From: a virus
Lineage: Duplodnaviria > Caudoviricetes
IMG/VR virus record: IMGVR_UViG_3300037420_001796
Span: 21,255-85,254 of that record
Direction: 5' to 3' (one strand)
Length of the DNA stretch: 64,000 nucleotides
Shown here: positions 1 through 10,722 of the stretch, one piece after another
Layout: each line of letters begins with the position of its first letter
How positions within the stretch are numbered: the stretch's first letter is position 1
Position numbers and translations under genes: made by a program
Notes under the pieces: generated by a model
The model's input: the letters and a program-made list of their open reading frames with translations, nothing else
Told to the model about the DNA's origin: nothing
Database searches by the model: none

Positions 1-3000
1 GCGCTCTCGGCCGACTTGACTGCGTTCGTCACCGCCGCGCACGACGCAGGCAAGGATGTCACCACCGAATTCCAGCGCATCCAACAGGAGCTGGAGGACG
101 CGCCGGGCTTCGTCGCGCTGGCCGCGGCCGGCATGATGACCACGACCTCCGCGCAGATGAAGTCGGTGGGCGCCGCGCTCGAGGCCGCGCTTGTCAGGTC
201 GTTCAACAGCGTCAACAGCCAGGCGCAGATCACGGCGCAAAAGTTGAAGGAGATCTTCAACTCCGACCAGTTCCAGCAGCTGCTGCAAAACATCATCTCC
301 TCACTGGGCCGTCTCGTGGAGGCGCTCGCAGAGAATGCGACGAGCGTTGCCGCCGTGGCCTCGGGCTACGTGCTCGGCAAGGCGGCGCTCATAGGCTACG
401 AAGCGGCCGCGGGACTTGCGGCCACCGCCAGCGCCGTCCTCGGTGAATCCGCGCTCGGCGCAAGCGTGGGCGTGCGTGCTCTCATGGCATCACTCGGCCC
501 CATCGGCGCGCTCCTCGCGCTGGGCGCGACGGCCTGGATCATCTTCGGCAATTCCAGTGAGAGCGCGCTTGAGAAGGCGCAAAAAGCTGCCGACGCGCAC
601 AGCAAGTCGATCACCGAAGGCATCGACAAAGAGATCGAGCGCCTGCAAGCGCAGATCGCAGCCCGCAAGGAAGGCCTTGACGGTGCGATCGCGCAGCGCA
701 AGGCCGAGGCCGACCTTCAGGTCTCCCGCTTGATGGAGCTCGATGAGGAGCAGCTCAAGATCGAAGAGGCGCGCCACGCGCAGGTCCTGTTCAATCGCGA
801 GAAGCTCGCGGGCTCGGAATACGCGAAGACCGTCGACGGCGAGAAGGCCCTGAAGGCAGCCGACGTCCAGGTCGAGCAGTCGCGCCTTCGCATCGCCGAG
901 CTGGTGGTGAACAACGTCGAGAAGGAAAACGCGCTGCGCGAAAAGCAGCGTCAGCTGATCAACCTCGCGAAGCAAGACGCGCAGGAAGCCGAGCAGGCCG
1001 CGGAGAAAGCCCGCAGCGTGATGACGGGCAACCTGAAGTACACGCCGCCCGATTACACGGGCGCGGGCTCGGCGTATGCCAACGAGCTCAAGCAGATCAA
1101 CCTGATCATCTCCGCCGCGCGCGAGAAGGCGCAGGCGATCGATGAATCGTCTCGCGTGCAAGAGGCGTTCCTCAAGCAAAGCTACGACCGCGGAGTCATC
1201 TCGTATTCGGAGTATCAGCAGCAGCTGAGCACGCTGCAGTCGGATCACGAGTCTCAGCGCCTTGCGCTGCTGGACGACGAGAAGTCCAAGGTCGAAGCGA
1301 AGATCAAGGACCTGCAAACCAAGATCGAAGGCATGAACCCGAAGACGGGTCCTGCCGACCGCCTTCGCAATGATCTCGAGCAGCTTCGCCAGGAGCTCGC
1401 GCGCGTCAACGGCGAGATCACGAAGATCACCGACGACGGGCAGATTCGTGCGGAGCAGGCTCTGACGAAACTGCTTGCGCCGGCCGCCGAGATGGTGCGC
1501 AACGCCGAGAAGGAAGGAGCGCAGATCCAGAACAACTACCAGCAGGAGCTTGCCCGGCTGGCGGTGAAGAACAACATCGTGCAGCTCTCCGAGCGCGAGC
1601 AGTTCGTGCAGGCGGAGATCGGCAAGGCGGTGAACAGGCAGGAAGACGAGCTGGCCAAGTACATGGCCACGCTCAAGGACCTGCTGGCCAACGTCAGCGA
1701 CGCGGACTTGATGACCAACCCCGACGTGGCCGGGGCGATCGCCAACCTGATGAAGGTCATCGCCGATGCTTCGCAGCGCCTCACCGACATGAAGGCCAAC
1801 GTCGCGAAGGCGGCGAGCGAAGCATTCGACGCGCAAAAGATCAACGAGATGGCCAAGAGCCTGGACACCGGCATCGCCGATGCGATCGTCCAGGGTGGCC
1901 GCGACGGCCGGCAAAAGCTGCGCGACGTGCTCGAGGAGGAGCTGCTGCGCAAGCCGTTCAAGATGGTCATCGAGGCCATGCTGCAGCCCGTCACCAACGG
2001 ACTTGCGAGCGCGGCCTACGGCATGTTCGGCCTGAACCAGTCCGGCACGGGCCCGGCCAACAGCGCAGGGGCAGGCGGCGGCGGCGCGAACGGCCTTGGA
2101 ATGGCCACTCAGCTGTTTGGCAGCTCCTTCGGGGCCAGCAGCATCGGCTTGAACAGCACCCTCACGCAGGCCACGATCTCCAACGGCTTGGTTTCGGGCT
2201 TCGGCGCGAACATGGCCAACATCGGCACCGCGATCGGATCGGGTGCATTCGCTGATGCAGCGGCCATGGCGATCCCGTACATCGGCTGGGCGATCGCGGC
2301 CTACGAACTCTTGAAGGGCTCGTTCAAGGGCGAGACCCGCTCGGGCGGCCAGTACGGCTACAGCTTCGATGGCACCTCCGTATTTAACCCGCGTCGCGAC
2401 ATCACGCAAAGCGCCAATGGCATCGGCGCGACGTTCCTCGAGGGGCCGAGCGGTGGCGACCAGAATCAGGAAGCCGCGAAGGCCGCGCTGAACGGCACGT
2501 ACGGCATCATCAACAACATCTTCGAGGGGCTGGGCACCAACATTCGTGTGACCGCTCTGCAGGGCGGCTACGAAAGCTCCGACAAGGGCCGCGGCGGTGT
2601 GTTCACCGGCGGCACGCTCACGGGCGGCATCAACTTCGGCGAATCCGGCAAGGGTGACAACTACGCCGGCACGCTATACGAAAAGACCAGCCCCCAGAGC
2701 CTGAGCGTCGAGCAGGCCTTCCAGAACTTCCTGACCGACCAGAAGCAGTCGGTCATCGAGGCGCTGCAGGCGTACGCGCAAAGCGTCGGCGCGCAGCTGC
2801 CCAACGCGATCCGCAAGCTCATCTCCGGCGTGGACGCCGAGTCGCTGTCGGACACCGACGCGCAGGCGCTGGTCGACAAGATCAACGCGACGATCCAAGG
2901 CGTCAAGGGCTTTTGGGATGCGGTGAACGGCGCGCCGGTGCAGCAGCTGAAGAACCTTGCGTTCGACGTTGCTGATGCCCTCGTGCAGGCCAGCGGCGGC

Positions 3001-4293
3001 CTCGAGCAGTTCAAGTCGAACCTGCAGTCGTTCGTGCAGAACTTCTACTCGCCGGCCGAACAGCGCGCGGGCATCGTGTCTTCGATTACGAAGACCCTGC
3101 AGAACGCGGGCTTCAACGTCACCGAGAATCAGATCGCCTCGGCAACGCGCGACCAGTTCCGCCAGCTTGCCGAATCGATCGACGTCACCACCGATTCCGG
3201 TGCTAAGGCGTACGCAACCCTCCTCAGCGTCGCCGGTGCGTTCGCTTCGATCACTACGTCCTCGCAAGATGCGACGCAGCAGCTGCAGGACCAGACGAAG
3301 AACCTGCAGGACCAGATCAAGACGCTGCAGGACTCGCAGGACACGTGGAAGTCGACCGAGCAGCGCTTGACCGACTTCATGAAGAGCCTTACGGACTTCC
3401 GTGACTCGCTGCTTCAGGGTGACCTGTCGCCGCTCACGCCGGTGCAAAAGTACCAGCAGGCGGGCAGTGACCTGCAGCAGCTGTTCGCGAAGGCGATGTC
3501 CGGCGATGCCGATGCGCAAAGCCAGTTCCAAGCGAAGGCACAGGAGTTCCTCAAGGACAGCCAGGCCGTCAACGCCAGCAGCGACACGTACACGTCTGAC
3601 TTCAACATGGTCATGTCCATGTTGAGCCAGCTGAGCACCTCCGCGACCTCGCAGCTGACGGACGCGCAGCAGCACGAAGCGGACTTCCAGCAGCAGATCA
3701 CGATCCTGCAACAGCAGCTTGATGCGACGCAGACGCAGATCGACGCGATCCATAACGCGTCCGACACGATCACCACCGCCGTGCAGGGCTCCGGCATCGA
3801 CATCGTGTCGGCGCTGCAGACCATCAACTCCACAGCGCAGTCCATCGTGGCGGCGGTGCAGCAGGTTGTGATTCCGTCGACGACGCCTAGCAGTACGAGT
3901 GGCGGCGGCAGCACGACGCCGGACAACAGCGGCGGCGGCCTTTACTACGACGGTGTCACCCCCGACGGCCAGGGCGGCGCGTTTGCCGCGGGCGGCCTTG
4001 CCTCCGGCTGGTCGCTCGTGGGTGAAGAAGGCCCCGAGCTCGTGAACTTCTCGAACCCGGGTCGCGTGTACACGGCCGCGCAGACGCGCGCCGCGCTTGG
4101 CGGCGGGATGAGCGATCAACTGCTTGCGCAGCTGCTCGATGCCGTGAACCGTCTCGTCGAGCAGCACGGCGCGGGCACCAACGCTTCGATCACCGCGACG
4201 CTGCAGGCCGCCGACAAGATTTCTGACGCGGTGGGCAGCGGCGCCAGCCGCACCCGCTGGTCGCAAAACGCCTCTTCGAGCATTGCCCAATGA
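1..4293 (+). CDS. Tail tape measure protein, 5'-truncated at the window edge
   Basis: The frame is open from base 1 and encodes more than 1400 aa of Ala/Gln/Leu-rich helical sequence. The C-terminal FAAGG...LVGEEGPELV motif is typical of tape measure proteins, and tail genes follow. Confidence 0.88.
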   Translation, partial: ALSADLTAFVTAAHDAGKDVTTEFQRIQQELEDAPGFVALAAAGMMTTTSAQMKSVGAALEAALVRSFNSVNSQAQITAQKLKEIFNSDQFQQLLQNIISSLGRLVEALAENATSVAAVASGYVLGKAALIGYEAAAGLAATASAVLGESALGASVGVRALMASLGPIGALLALGATAWIIFGNSSESALEKAQKAADAHSKSITEGIDKEIERLQAQIAARKEGLDGAIAQRKAEADLQVSRLMELDEEQLKIEEARHAQVLFNREKLAGSEYAKTVDGEKALKAADVQVEQSRLRIAELVVNNVEKENALREKQRQLINLAKQDAQEAEQAAEKARSVMTGNLKYTPPDYTGAGSAYANELKQINLIISAAREKAQAIDESSRVQEAFLKQSYDRGVISYSEYQQQLSTLQSDHESQRLALLDDEKSKVEAKIKDLQTKIEGMNPKTGPADRLRNDLEQLRQELARVNGEITKITDDGQIRAEQALTKLLAPAAEMVRNAEKEGAQIQNNYQQELARLAVKNNIVQLSEREQFVQAEIGKAVNRQEDELAKYMATLKDLLANVSDADLMTNPDVAGAIANLMKVIADASQRLTDMKANVAKAASEAFDAQKINEMAKSLDTGIADAIVQGGRDGRQKLRDVLEEELLRKPFKMVIEAMLQPVTNGLASAAYGMFGLNQSGTGPANSAGAGGGGANGLGMATQLFGSSFGASSIGLNSTLTQATISNGLVSGFGANMANIGTAIGSGAFADAAAMAIPYIGWAIAAYELLKGSFKGETRSGGQYGYSFDGTSVFNPRRDITQSANGIGATFLEGPSGGDQNQEAAKAALNGTYGIINNIFEGLGTNIRVTALQGGYESSDKGRGGVFTGGTLTGGINFGESGKGDNYAGTLYEKTSPQSLSVEQAFQNFLTDQKQSVIEALQAYAQSVGAQLPNAIRKLISGVDAESLSDTDAQALVDKINATIQGVKGFWDAVNGAPVQQLKNLAFDVADALVQASGGLEQFKSNLQSFVQNFYSPAEQRAGIVSSITKTLQNAGFNVTENQIASATRDQFRQLAESIDVTTDSGAKAYATLLSVAGAFASITTSSQDATQQLQDQTKNLQDQIKTLQDSQDTWKSTEQRLTDFMKSLTDFRDSLLQGDLSPLTPVQKYQQAGSDLQQLFAKAMSGDADAQSQFQAKAQEFLKDSQAVNASSDTYTSDFNMVMSMLSQLSTSATSQLTDAQQHEADFQQQITILQQQLDATQTQIDAIHNASDTITTAVQGSGIDIVSALQTINSTAQSIVAAVQQVVIPSTTPSSTSGGGSTTPDNSGGGLYYDGVTPDGQGGAFAAGGLASGWSLVGEEGPELVNFSNPGRVYTAAQTRAALGGGMSDQLLAQLLDAVNRLVEQHGAGTNASITATLQAADKISDAVGSGASRTRWSQNASSSIAQ

Positions 4294-5894
4294 CGGACGC
4301 ACAGTTCCTTGCATGGTTTCAAACACCCGCCTCGCTGCGCGTGGTGCTGGTGGAAGCCGTCGCCAACGTGAGCGGCGTTGAGACGACGTTTTACATGTCG
4401 AATCGCCCGTATGTCACAGGTTCGACGGACACGCCAGCCAGCACGGCGTACGTGACCTGCATCACCGGCGGGCTGGGGTTCAGCGAAAGCCTCGACCTTG
4501 GAGGCGGCGCCGCTTCCATGAGCTGGGGTGACATCGAGATCGAGAACAACGGAGGCGTGCGCGACACGTGGCTCAACTACGTGTGGGCCAACCGGCAAGT
4601 GCAGGTCTTCGTCGGCGACGTGCGTTGGGCGCGCTCTGATTTCCGCAAGGTCTTCGACGGCGTCATCGGCGACATGGGAAGCCGCGATCAGGACGTGTTG
4701 AACCTCAAGCTGCTGGACAAGCTGCAGCGGCTGAACAACCCGCTCACCGAGACAACGCTTGGCGGCACGACAAACAACAAGGACCGACTGCTTCCGCTCA
4801 CGTTCGGCGAGGTGTTCAACGTCACGCCGCTGCTGACTAACCCCGCGACGCTGGAGTACCAGGTCCACAACGGCTCGATCGAAGACATCATCGAGGTGCG
4901 AAGCAACGGCGCCGTGCCGGTGTCGATCACGAAGAGCGTGGGCACGGGCAAGTTCACGCTCAGCGCCGCTCCCAACGGCGCGATGATCACTTGCAGCGTG
5001 CAGGGCGACAAGCTGGGCGGCACGTACACGAACAACATCAGCACGCTGGTTCAGCGCATCGTGCAGAACTACGGGCCGGCGTACGCGCGCTTCACCGCGG
5101 GCGACCTTGACTCGACCAACCTGAGCGCGTTCGCCACCGCGAACACGCAGCCTGTGGGCCTGTACGTGCCCGATCGCATGACGGTGCTCGAGGCTTGCCA
5201 GACGCTGGCGGGCAGCGTCGGCGCACAGGTCGTGATGACCTCGACGGGCCTGCTGCGCCTGATCAAGGTCGACCTGCCCGCGAGCGGCACGCCGACGGTC
5301 GTCACGCAGAACGACCTCGAATACCACGGCATCAGCATTGACTCGCGCCCGCCGGTTGTCGCGACGGTAAAGCTCGGGTACTGCAAGAACTGGACGCCGC
5401 AGGAAGCGCTTGCCGGCGGCGTCGCGATGAGCTCCATTCCGCTGTACCAGCAGGAGTGGCTCACGGTCACGGCCAACGACTCGACTACCGAGACCACGTA
5501 CAAGAGTCCGCGTCGAATTCGCGACCAGAACAAGGGCCGAAACCACGGCTCTCACGCGCCGGCTCCGCCTCCGCCTGTTGCACCGCCGCCCGCGTCGGTG
5601 GGCTCGTCGGTGTCGCAGCTGTACAAGCTGCACGGCGAGCCCGAGCAGCAAAACACGATGCTGCTAGTTGCCTCCGACGCGACGACGGAAGCGAACAGGC
5701 GCCTGACGTTGTGGAAGACGCCGCGCACCGTGTTCCGGCTTGACTGCCGCCCGCATCTGCTGCTTACGGAGCTGGGCGACGCGATCACGATCCAGCACCC
5801 TCGCTACGGTCTTTCCGCGGGCAAGACCGGCATCGTCGTGAGCATCGAGCGTGACTGGGTGAACGGCAAGGTCAGCCTCGGAGTGCTCGTCTAA
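4290..5894 (+). CDS. Tail tip/hub-region structural protein
   Basis: 534 aa, with an ATGA overlap with the tape measure stop. Position and beta-rich composition fit a tail protein. It contains a Pro-rich in-frame insertion (see findings). Confidence 0.7.
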   Translation: MTDAQFLAWFQTPASLRVVLVEAVANVSGVETTFYMSNRPYVTGSTDTPASTAYVTCITGGLGFSESLDLGGGAASMSWGDIEIENNGGVRDTWLNYVWANRQVQVFVGDVRWARSDFRKVFDGVIGDMGSRDQDVLNLKLLDKLQRLNNPLTETTLGGTTNNKDRLLPLTFGEVFNVTPLLTNPATLEYQVHNGSIEDIIEVRSNGAVPVSITKSVGTGKFTLSAAPNGAMITCSVQGDKLGGTYTNNISTLVQRIVQNYGPAYARFTAGDLDSTNLSAFATANTQPVGLYVPDRMTVLEACQTLAGSVGAQVVMTSTGLLRLIKVDLPASGTPTVVTQNDLEYHGISIDSRPPVVATVKLGYCKNWTPQEALAGGVAMSSIPLYQQEWLTVTANDSTTETTYKSPRRIRDQNKGRNHGSHAPAPPPPVAPPPASVGSSVSQLYKLHGEPEQQNTMLLVASDATTEANRRLTLWKTPRTVFRLDCRPHLLLTELGDAITIQHPRYGLSAGKTGIVVSIERDWVNGKVSLGVLV

Positions 5895-7264
5895 TGGCCA
5901 CGATCGTCAACGCACGGGACGTGCAGCTGCAGGCGACGAGTCCGCGCATGCAGACGGTCTCTCTCGGCTCGAACACGACCGTCGATTTTTCCAACGTCAA
6001 CGGATCCACGAAGCCGTCCGACAACGCCGACGTCACCGTCACCGTGGTCAACGGTGGCCTGGTGCTGACCAGCGGAGGCATCACGATGTCCGGCGGCGGC
6101 TCGGTCAAGGGCGGCCAGACGGCCTTCGACACCGGCACGGGGTTCTTCCTCGGCTACTCGAGCACGACCTACAAGTTCAGCATCGGCAACAGCTCCGGCA
6201 ACAAGCTCACGTGGGACGGCTCCAACCTTGCCATCGTCGGCAACATTTCCGGAGCATCCAATCTGGATGTCACCGGCACGGGCCGCTTCAACGGTAGCAG
6301 CGGAACGATCGGCGGCAGCTCGTGGACGGTCACGGTCAACGACGCGGGCAACATCCGCGGCGGCTTGTACGCGCGCGGCGGGTCCTCGATCGCGGGCGTC
6401 TACGGCACAAGCGATTCCGGCATTGGGGTGATGGGAGAGACCACGTCCACCAGTTCGTCCAACGCGGTGTACGGCCACAACCAAGGAACGGGCGGCGCCG
6501 CAGGCAGCTTCGTCGCGGAGAACTCCAACGCGCGTGCGGTTGACGCGTTCCACAACGTCAACTCAGGGACCAACTCCGGCTATGCCCTGCGCGCGCAGGG
6601 GCGCTACACGCAGACTTGCTCGGGCACCAGCGACATCGGCATGTACGTCGAGACGCGTGGCTCTTCGTCGGGCGCTGCGCAGTTCTTCAACTACCTGGGC
6701 GGCTCCAGTACGAGCAAGGAATTCTGGGCGGCGCCGGGCTCGTATGCGGCGTATTCGCCCAGCGGCAAGGGCAAGTACTACTTCCCCGACGGCGCGGGCC
6801 CGTTCACGGGCTTTCACCCGGCATTCGTCGCGCGCGATTGCCCCGACAACTTCGAAGTTGGCGACATCGTCGTCGACGAGAAGATGGTCATGAAAGAAGA
6901 CATCAGCAACGTCGTGGGCACGGCGCGGCTTTCCTCCAAGCCGAACCAGCGCGGCGTGCTTGGCGTCGTGAACGAGATCAAGGACATCACGATCGAGTTC
7001 ACCTACGAGCAGTTCTGGACGTTCGCTCCGGACTACAAGCTGATGGACGTCAACGCCTTGGGCGAGGGCCAGATCAATGTTTGTGGGGAGGGGGGTGACA
7101 TAGAGCTGGGTGACTTGCTAGTGTCTTCCTCCATTCCCGGAAAAGGGATGAAGCAACAGGACGACATCGTGCGCTCCTACACCGTGGCCAAGGCCCGGGA
7201 GCCGGTGACGTTCAGCAGTCCGAGCGAGGTCAAACAGATCGCCTGCATCTACCTTGCCGGATGA
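5894..7264 (+). CDS. Tail fibre/spike with a C-terminal intramolecular-chaperone (Peptidase_G2-like) domain
   Basis: Gly/Ser/Thr-rich beta-repeat body. The C-terminus FTGFH...VGDIVV...VNALGEGQINVCGEGGDIELGDLLVSSSIPGKGMKQ..D..RSYTVAKA resembles auto-cleaved chaperone domains. Confidence 0.72.
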   Translation: MATIVNARDVQLQATSPRMQTVSLGSNTTVDFSNVNGSTKPSDNADVTVTVVNGGLVLTSGGITMSGGGSVKGGQTAFDTGTGFFLGYSSTTYKFSIGNSSGNKLTWDGSNLAIVGNISGASNLDVTGTGRFNGSSGTIGGSSWTVTVNDAGNIRGGLYARGGSSIAGVYGTSDSGIGVMGETTSTSSSNAVYGHNQGTGGAAGSFVAENSNARAVDAFHNVNSGTNSGYALRAQGRYTQTCSGTSDIGMYVETRGSSSGAAQFFNYLGGSSTSKEFWAAPGSYAAYSPSGKGKYYFPDGAGPFTGFHPAFVARDCPDNFEVGDIVVDEKMVMKEDISNVVGTARLSSKPNQRGVLGVVNEIKDITIEFTYEQFWTFAPDYKLMDVNALGEGQINVCGEGGDIELGDLLVSSSIPGKGMKQQDDIVRSYTVAKAREPVTFSSPSEVKQIACIYLAG

Positions 7265-7291
7265 CCGGTTGGCAGAAAAGAAGAACAAGAA

Positions 7292-8122
7292 ATGCCGAAC
7301 CTTCGAATCATTTACGACAACGCCGCCGATCGGGCGACCTCGATCGCTGCCGACTCGACGTCGGGCAGCCTCGTTGCGTCCAATATGCAGACCGACTTGA
7401 AGGGCCAGGTGCATCGATCCACGGCCACGAGCGTGAAGTACACGCTGACGTGGACCAACGGAGAGTCCATCGGGGGCGCCGCACTTCCCGCGGTCAATCT
7501 CACCGCGTCCGCGACCATCCAGGTCAAGGCATACAGCGATACCGCGGGTATCACGCTGATCGGTGACACCGGCGTTGTGAACGCCTGCCCAGGCGCGGAC
7601 CTTGGATCGTGGGACTGGTCGATGCCGCTGAACGCCAACGCCTTCGCGTTCGGCGGCGCCGCGAAGACGGCCGTGTGGTTCGACAGCCAGCTGTTCGTCA
7701 AACGTCTGGAGATCTACCTCGTCGACACGAGCAACGCCGCGGGCTACATCGACTGCGCACGCATCGTCGCTGGCCCTTACTGGGAGCCGAGCGTGCAGGC
7801 CGATTACGGCGTGACGCCGCAGACCGTCGACACGACCGACTCGCGCCGCAACGACGCGGGCGACTTGATCCCCGACGCAGGCACGCTGCACGACCATCTC
7901 GAGCTTGACTTGAAGATGATGGACGAGACCGATCGTGCGGGTCTCATGCGCATCATGCGCTCCGTCGGCACGCGGGGAAACATCTTCCTCAGCGTCCTGC
8001 CCGGCAACGGCCTGTCCGTCCAGGAGCAGGACCACATGATCTACGGCAAGCGGCAAAACGCCGGCGTGCCGTTCGACTTCTACAACTCTTTCTCGAACAA
8101 GCTCGTAGTGGAGGGCTGGTAA
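7292..8122 (+). CDS. Minor tail structural protein
   Basis: 276 aa ORF with an A-rich leader, lying between fibre genes and showing the genome's normal codon usage. Confidence 0.6.
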   Translation: MPNLRIIYDNAADRATSIAADSTSGSLVASNMQTDLKGQVHRSTATSVKYTLTWTNGESIGGAALPAVNLTASATIQVKAYSDTAGITLIGDTGVVNACPGADLGSWDWSMPLNANAFAFGGAAKTAVWFDSQLFVKRLEIYLVDTSNAAGYIDCARIVAGPYWEPSVQADYGVTPQTVDTTDSRRNDAGDLIPDAGTLHDHLELDLKMMDETDRAGLMRIMRSVGTRGNIFLSVLPGNGLSVQEQDHMIYGKRQNAGVPFDFYNSFSNKLVVEGW

Positions 8123-10105
8123 ATGACCGCGCCGTTTGCGACCAACACACCCGGCCCTCAGGCTGTCCAATACCTCAATGACCTGTGGGACCGAGTTACC
8201 ACTGGCTTTCAGGGAACGAGCACGACCAGCAACACCATCGGGCTGGGCACGCTGAATTTCACCATCGAGGTCGACAAGTCTTTCGCGACGGGCAATGACG
8301 TTCGCCTTGCTGTCACTGCCGATCCTACGAAGTACGTGCAAGGCACGGTGCTGTCGTACAACTCGACGACCGGCGCGCTGAGCGTCAACGTGACTTCCAC
8401 TTCCGGCACCGGCACGTTCGCGGCGTGGAGCATCACGCTCGAGGGCGGCGCGGGACCGCAGGGCGACCCCGGCCCCGGCTACAAGGCCACCAGCACGACG
8501 AGCCTTGCAACAGCGGGCACCGGCTCGAAGGTGTTCACGACGCAGTCCGGCCTTGCGTACTCCACTGGCGCGCGCGTGCGCGCGACGTCGGCGGGCACTG
8601 GCGAGTGGATGGAAGGTGTCGTGTCTGCGTACAGCGGCACGACCCTGACCGTCACCATGGACTCGAACTCGGGCACGGGCACGCACGCGGACTGGAACCT
8701 GAACGTCAGTGGCCAGCAGGGCGCGCCGGGAACCAACGGCACGAACGGCACCAACGGGACGAATGGCACGAACGGCACCGACGGTGTCAACGCAGGCGTG
8801 GGCTTCGTGTTCAGCACGACGACCACGGACACGGACCCGGGCAACGGCAACGTGCAGGCGAACAACGCGACGTTCGCCTCGATCACGCAGTTGTTCTTCG
8901 ACAACCTCGATTCCGGCGGCAACGATGTCACGGCCTGGCTTGACTCGTTCGACGACAGCACCAGCCCCACCATCAAAGGCAACATCGTTGTTCGGGGCGC
9001 CTCGCCCTCGTCGACGGCCCTTGCGCTATTCAGCGTCAACGGCACGGTCGTGAACGGCACGGGATATCGCAAGGTTCCTGTCACACCTGTCAGCGGTGCG
9101 CTTCCCGCCAACGGCACGGCTCTTCGTGTCACGTTCTCGCGCGCAGGCGACAAGGGCGCTGACGGCGCGGGTTCCGGCGACGTCGTCGGCCCTTCCGCTT
9201 CCGTTGACGGGGAACTCGTTCAGTTCAGCGGCACGACCGGCAAGTTGATCAAGCGGGCGACGGGCACAGGCCTTGTGAATATCACGTCGGGCGTTGTCTC
9301 GACGATCACTCTCGACACGGACAGCACTCTCGCGGCAAACAGTGACACCGCGGTTGCTACTCAGAAGGCGGTGAAGACGTACGCCAACTCGCTGTTTGGG
9401 GCCAACGACGCGATGGTGTACAAGGGTGTCATCAGTTGCTCGGCGAATCCGAATTATCCGGCCGCGGATGCGGGTCACACGTACCGCGTGAGCAGCGCCG
9501 GCAAGATCGGCGGCGCGTCTGGCATCAACGTCGAAGTGGGCGACATTCTGCTGTGCGCGGTCGACGGCACTGCTTCGGGTACGCAAGCTGCGGTGGGTGC
9601 GAACTGGGACATCATCCAGACGAACATCGATGGCGCAGTGACGCTCACGGGCGCGCAGACGCTGCAAAGCAAGACGCTCGGCACAGGCACGACCCTCGGC
9701 GACAACGTCACCGGCGGCGACTTCCAGCTTACGCGCACTATGTTCAAGGACTGCGCCGTCGCTTACTACGACAGCGGCAGCACGAGCGCGCTTGACTACA
9801 CGAACGGGTCCCACCAGCGATGGGCACCGACGGCGTCGAGCAACCCGACGTTGAGCATCTCCAACTGGCCGCCGACAGGCAACCTCGGCGCGCTGTTGAT
9901 CGAAGGCATCAACCTCGGCGCCGCTGGCACGATCACGATGCCTACGATCAACTGGGTCAAGCCCGACGGCACGACGACCACGAGCTTCAGCACGTGGCTG
10001 GCAGCCATGACGGGCCGCACTTCGCTTCAGTCGTCGGGAACTGACTGGATCAAGGTCTGGACGCGCGACGGAGGTACCACACTTTACGGGACGTTCGCAG
10101 CATGA
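8123..10105 (+). CDS. Second tail fibre with collagen-like Gly-X-Y segments
   Basis: 660 aa, Thr/Gly/Ser-rich. Two related ~80-aa domains (TSTTS...SGTGT..W.....G) are separated by GPQGDPGPG, followed by a (GTN)n run. Confidence 0.75.
   Translation: MTAPFATNTPGPQAVQYLNDLWDRVTTGFQGTSTTSNTIGLGTLNFTIEVDKSFATGNDVRLAVTADPTKYVQGTVLSYNSTTGALSVNVTSTSGTGTFAAWSITLEGGAGPQGDPGPGYKATSTTSLATAGTGSKVFTTQSGLAYSTGARVRATSAGTGEWMEGVVSAYSGTTLTVTMDSNSGTGTHADWNLNVSGQQGAPGTNGTNGTNGTNGTNGTDGVNAGVGFVFSTTTTDTDPGNGNVQANNATFASITQLFFDNLDSGGNDVTAWLDSFDDSTSPTIKGNIVVRGASPSSTALALFSVNGTVVNGTGYRKVPVTPVSGALPANGTALRVTFSRAGDKGADGAGSGDVVGPSASVDGELVQFSGTTGKLIKRATGTGLVNITSGVVSTITLDTDSTLAANSDTAVATQKAVKTYANSLFGANDAMVYKGVISCSANPNYPAADAGHTYRVSSAGKIGGASGINVEVGDILLCAVDGTASGTQAAVGANWDIIQTNIDGAVTLTGAQTLQSKTLGTGTTLGDNVTGGDFQLTRTMFKDCAVAYYDSGSTSALDYTNGSHQRWAPTASSNPTLSISNWPPTGNLGALLIEGINLGAAGTITMPTINWVKPDGTTTTSFSTWLAAMTGRTSLQSSGTDWIKVWTRDGGTTLYGTFAA
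8729..8785 (+). repeat. 9-bp coding tandem repeat GGN-ACN-AAY (GTN x5 plus GTD)
   Basis: Read directly from the sequence; it encodes a collagen-like triplet run. Confidence 0.9.
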
Positions 10106-10722
10106 ACCTCCTCGACATCATGATGATGAAGAGGCCGGCGATCAAATCTGGGCCCACATTCCGGTCGGTTGGTACGGCAGTAGCCGGATCGAATCCAACA
10201 GTCGGCACTCCCCCCGGGTTTCAGGCCGGCGACTTGCTCGTGCTCGCGGGAACAGGCGGGCAGAATGCGTACTCGCTGCCAGCAGGTTGGTCCAACGGAG
10301 AATCCGCAGGCAACGCGCCACGTGAAGCCTTGTTCTATAAGTTTGCGACGGGCTCTGAAACTTCGGTATCCGTTAGCAATGGAGGCGGAAGTGGGCAGAT
10401 AGTGATGCTCGCGTACAGCGGCGTTACCGCTCTGGATGTGCTGGGTACTCGCAAGACAGCATCGACCGCGACCGCGTCGACTAATTCGCTCACCACGAGC
10501 GTTCCCAATGCGCTCGTCATCAGCCTGTTCTCGGAAGACACCACGGGCACCGTACCGGGCACTGTCACTGGCACGACTATCCGCTACGCAGACAACACGA
10601 CTGGCCGTTCGCTCGTGGTAGTCGATGAGATCCAGGCTGTTGCTGGAGCTAGCACTTCCCGCTCGTGCACCTTTGGTTTAGCCGCCAGTAACGCAGGATT
10701 TTCAGCCGCCTTCAAGCCATGA
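10102..10722 (+). CDS. Putative fibre-associated/receptor-binding accessory protein
   Basis: 206 aa, beta-rich, overlapping the fibre stop codon. It has visibly more A/T-ending codons than its neighbours. Confidence 0.5.
   Translation: MNLLDIMMMKRPAIKSGPTFRSVGTAVAGSNPTVGTPPGFQAGDLLVLAGTGGQNAYSLPAGWSNGESAGNAPREALFYKFATGSETSVSVSNGGGSGQIVMLAYSGVTALDVLGTRKTASTATASTNSLTTSVPNALVISLFSEDTTGTVPGTVTGTTIRYADNTTGRSLVVVDEIQAVAGASTSRSCTFGLAASNAGFSAAFKP

Noticed and set aside
490-5651. Long antisense ORFs (490-2409, 2674-4326, 4116-5651), and similarly 24242-26641, 7118-8686 and 37421-38875
   Set aside because: They are shadow frames of GC-rich genes with strong codon bias. They lie opposite well-supported genes, lack ribosome-binding sites and motifs, and are Arg/Ala/Leu-rich.
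8729-8785. GTN tandem repeat as a contingency locus or DGR variable region
   Set aside because: Synonymous variation among the units indicates an old coding repeat, and no reverse transcriptase or template/variable repeat pair is seen.
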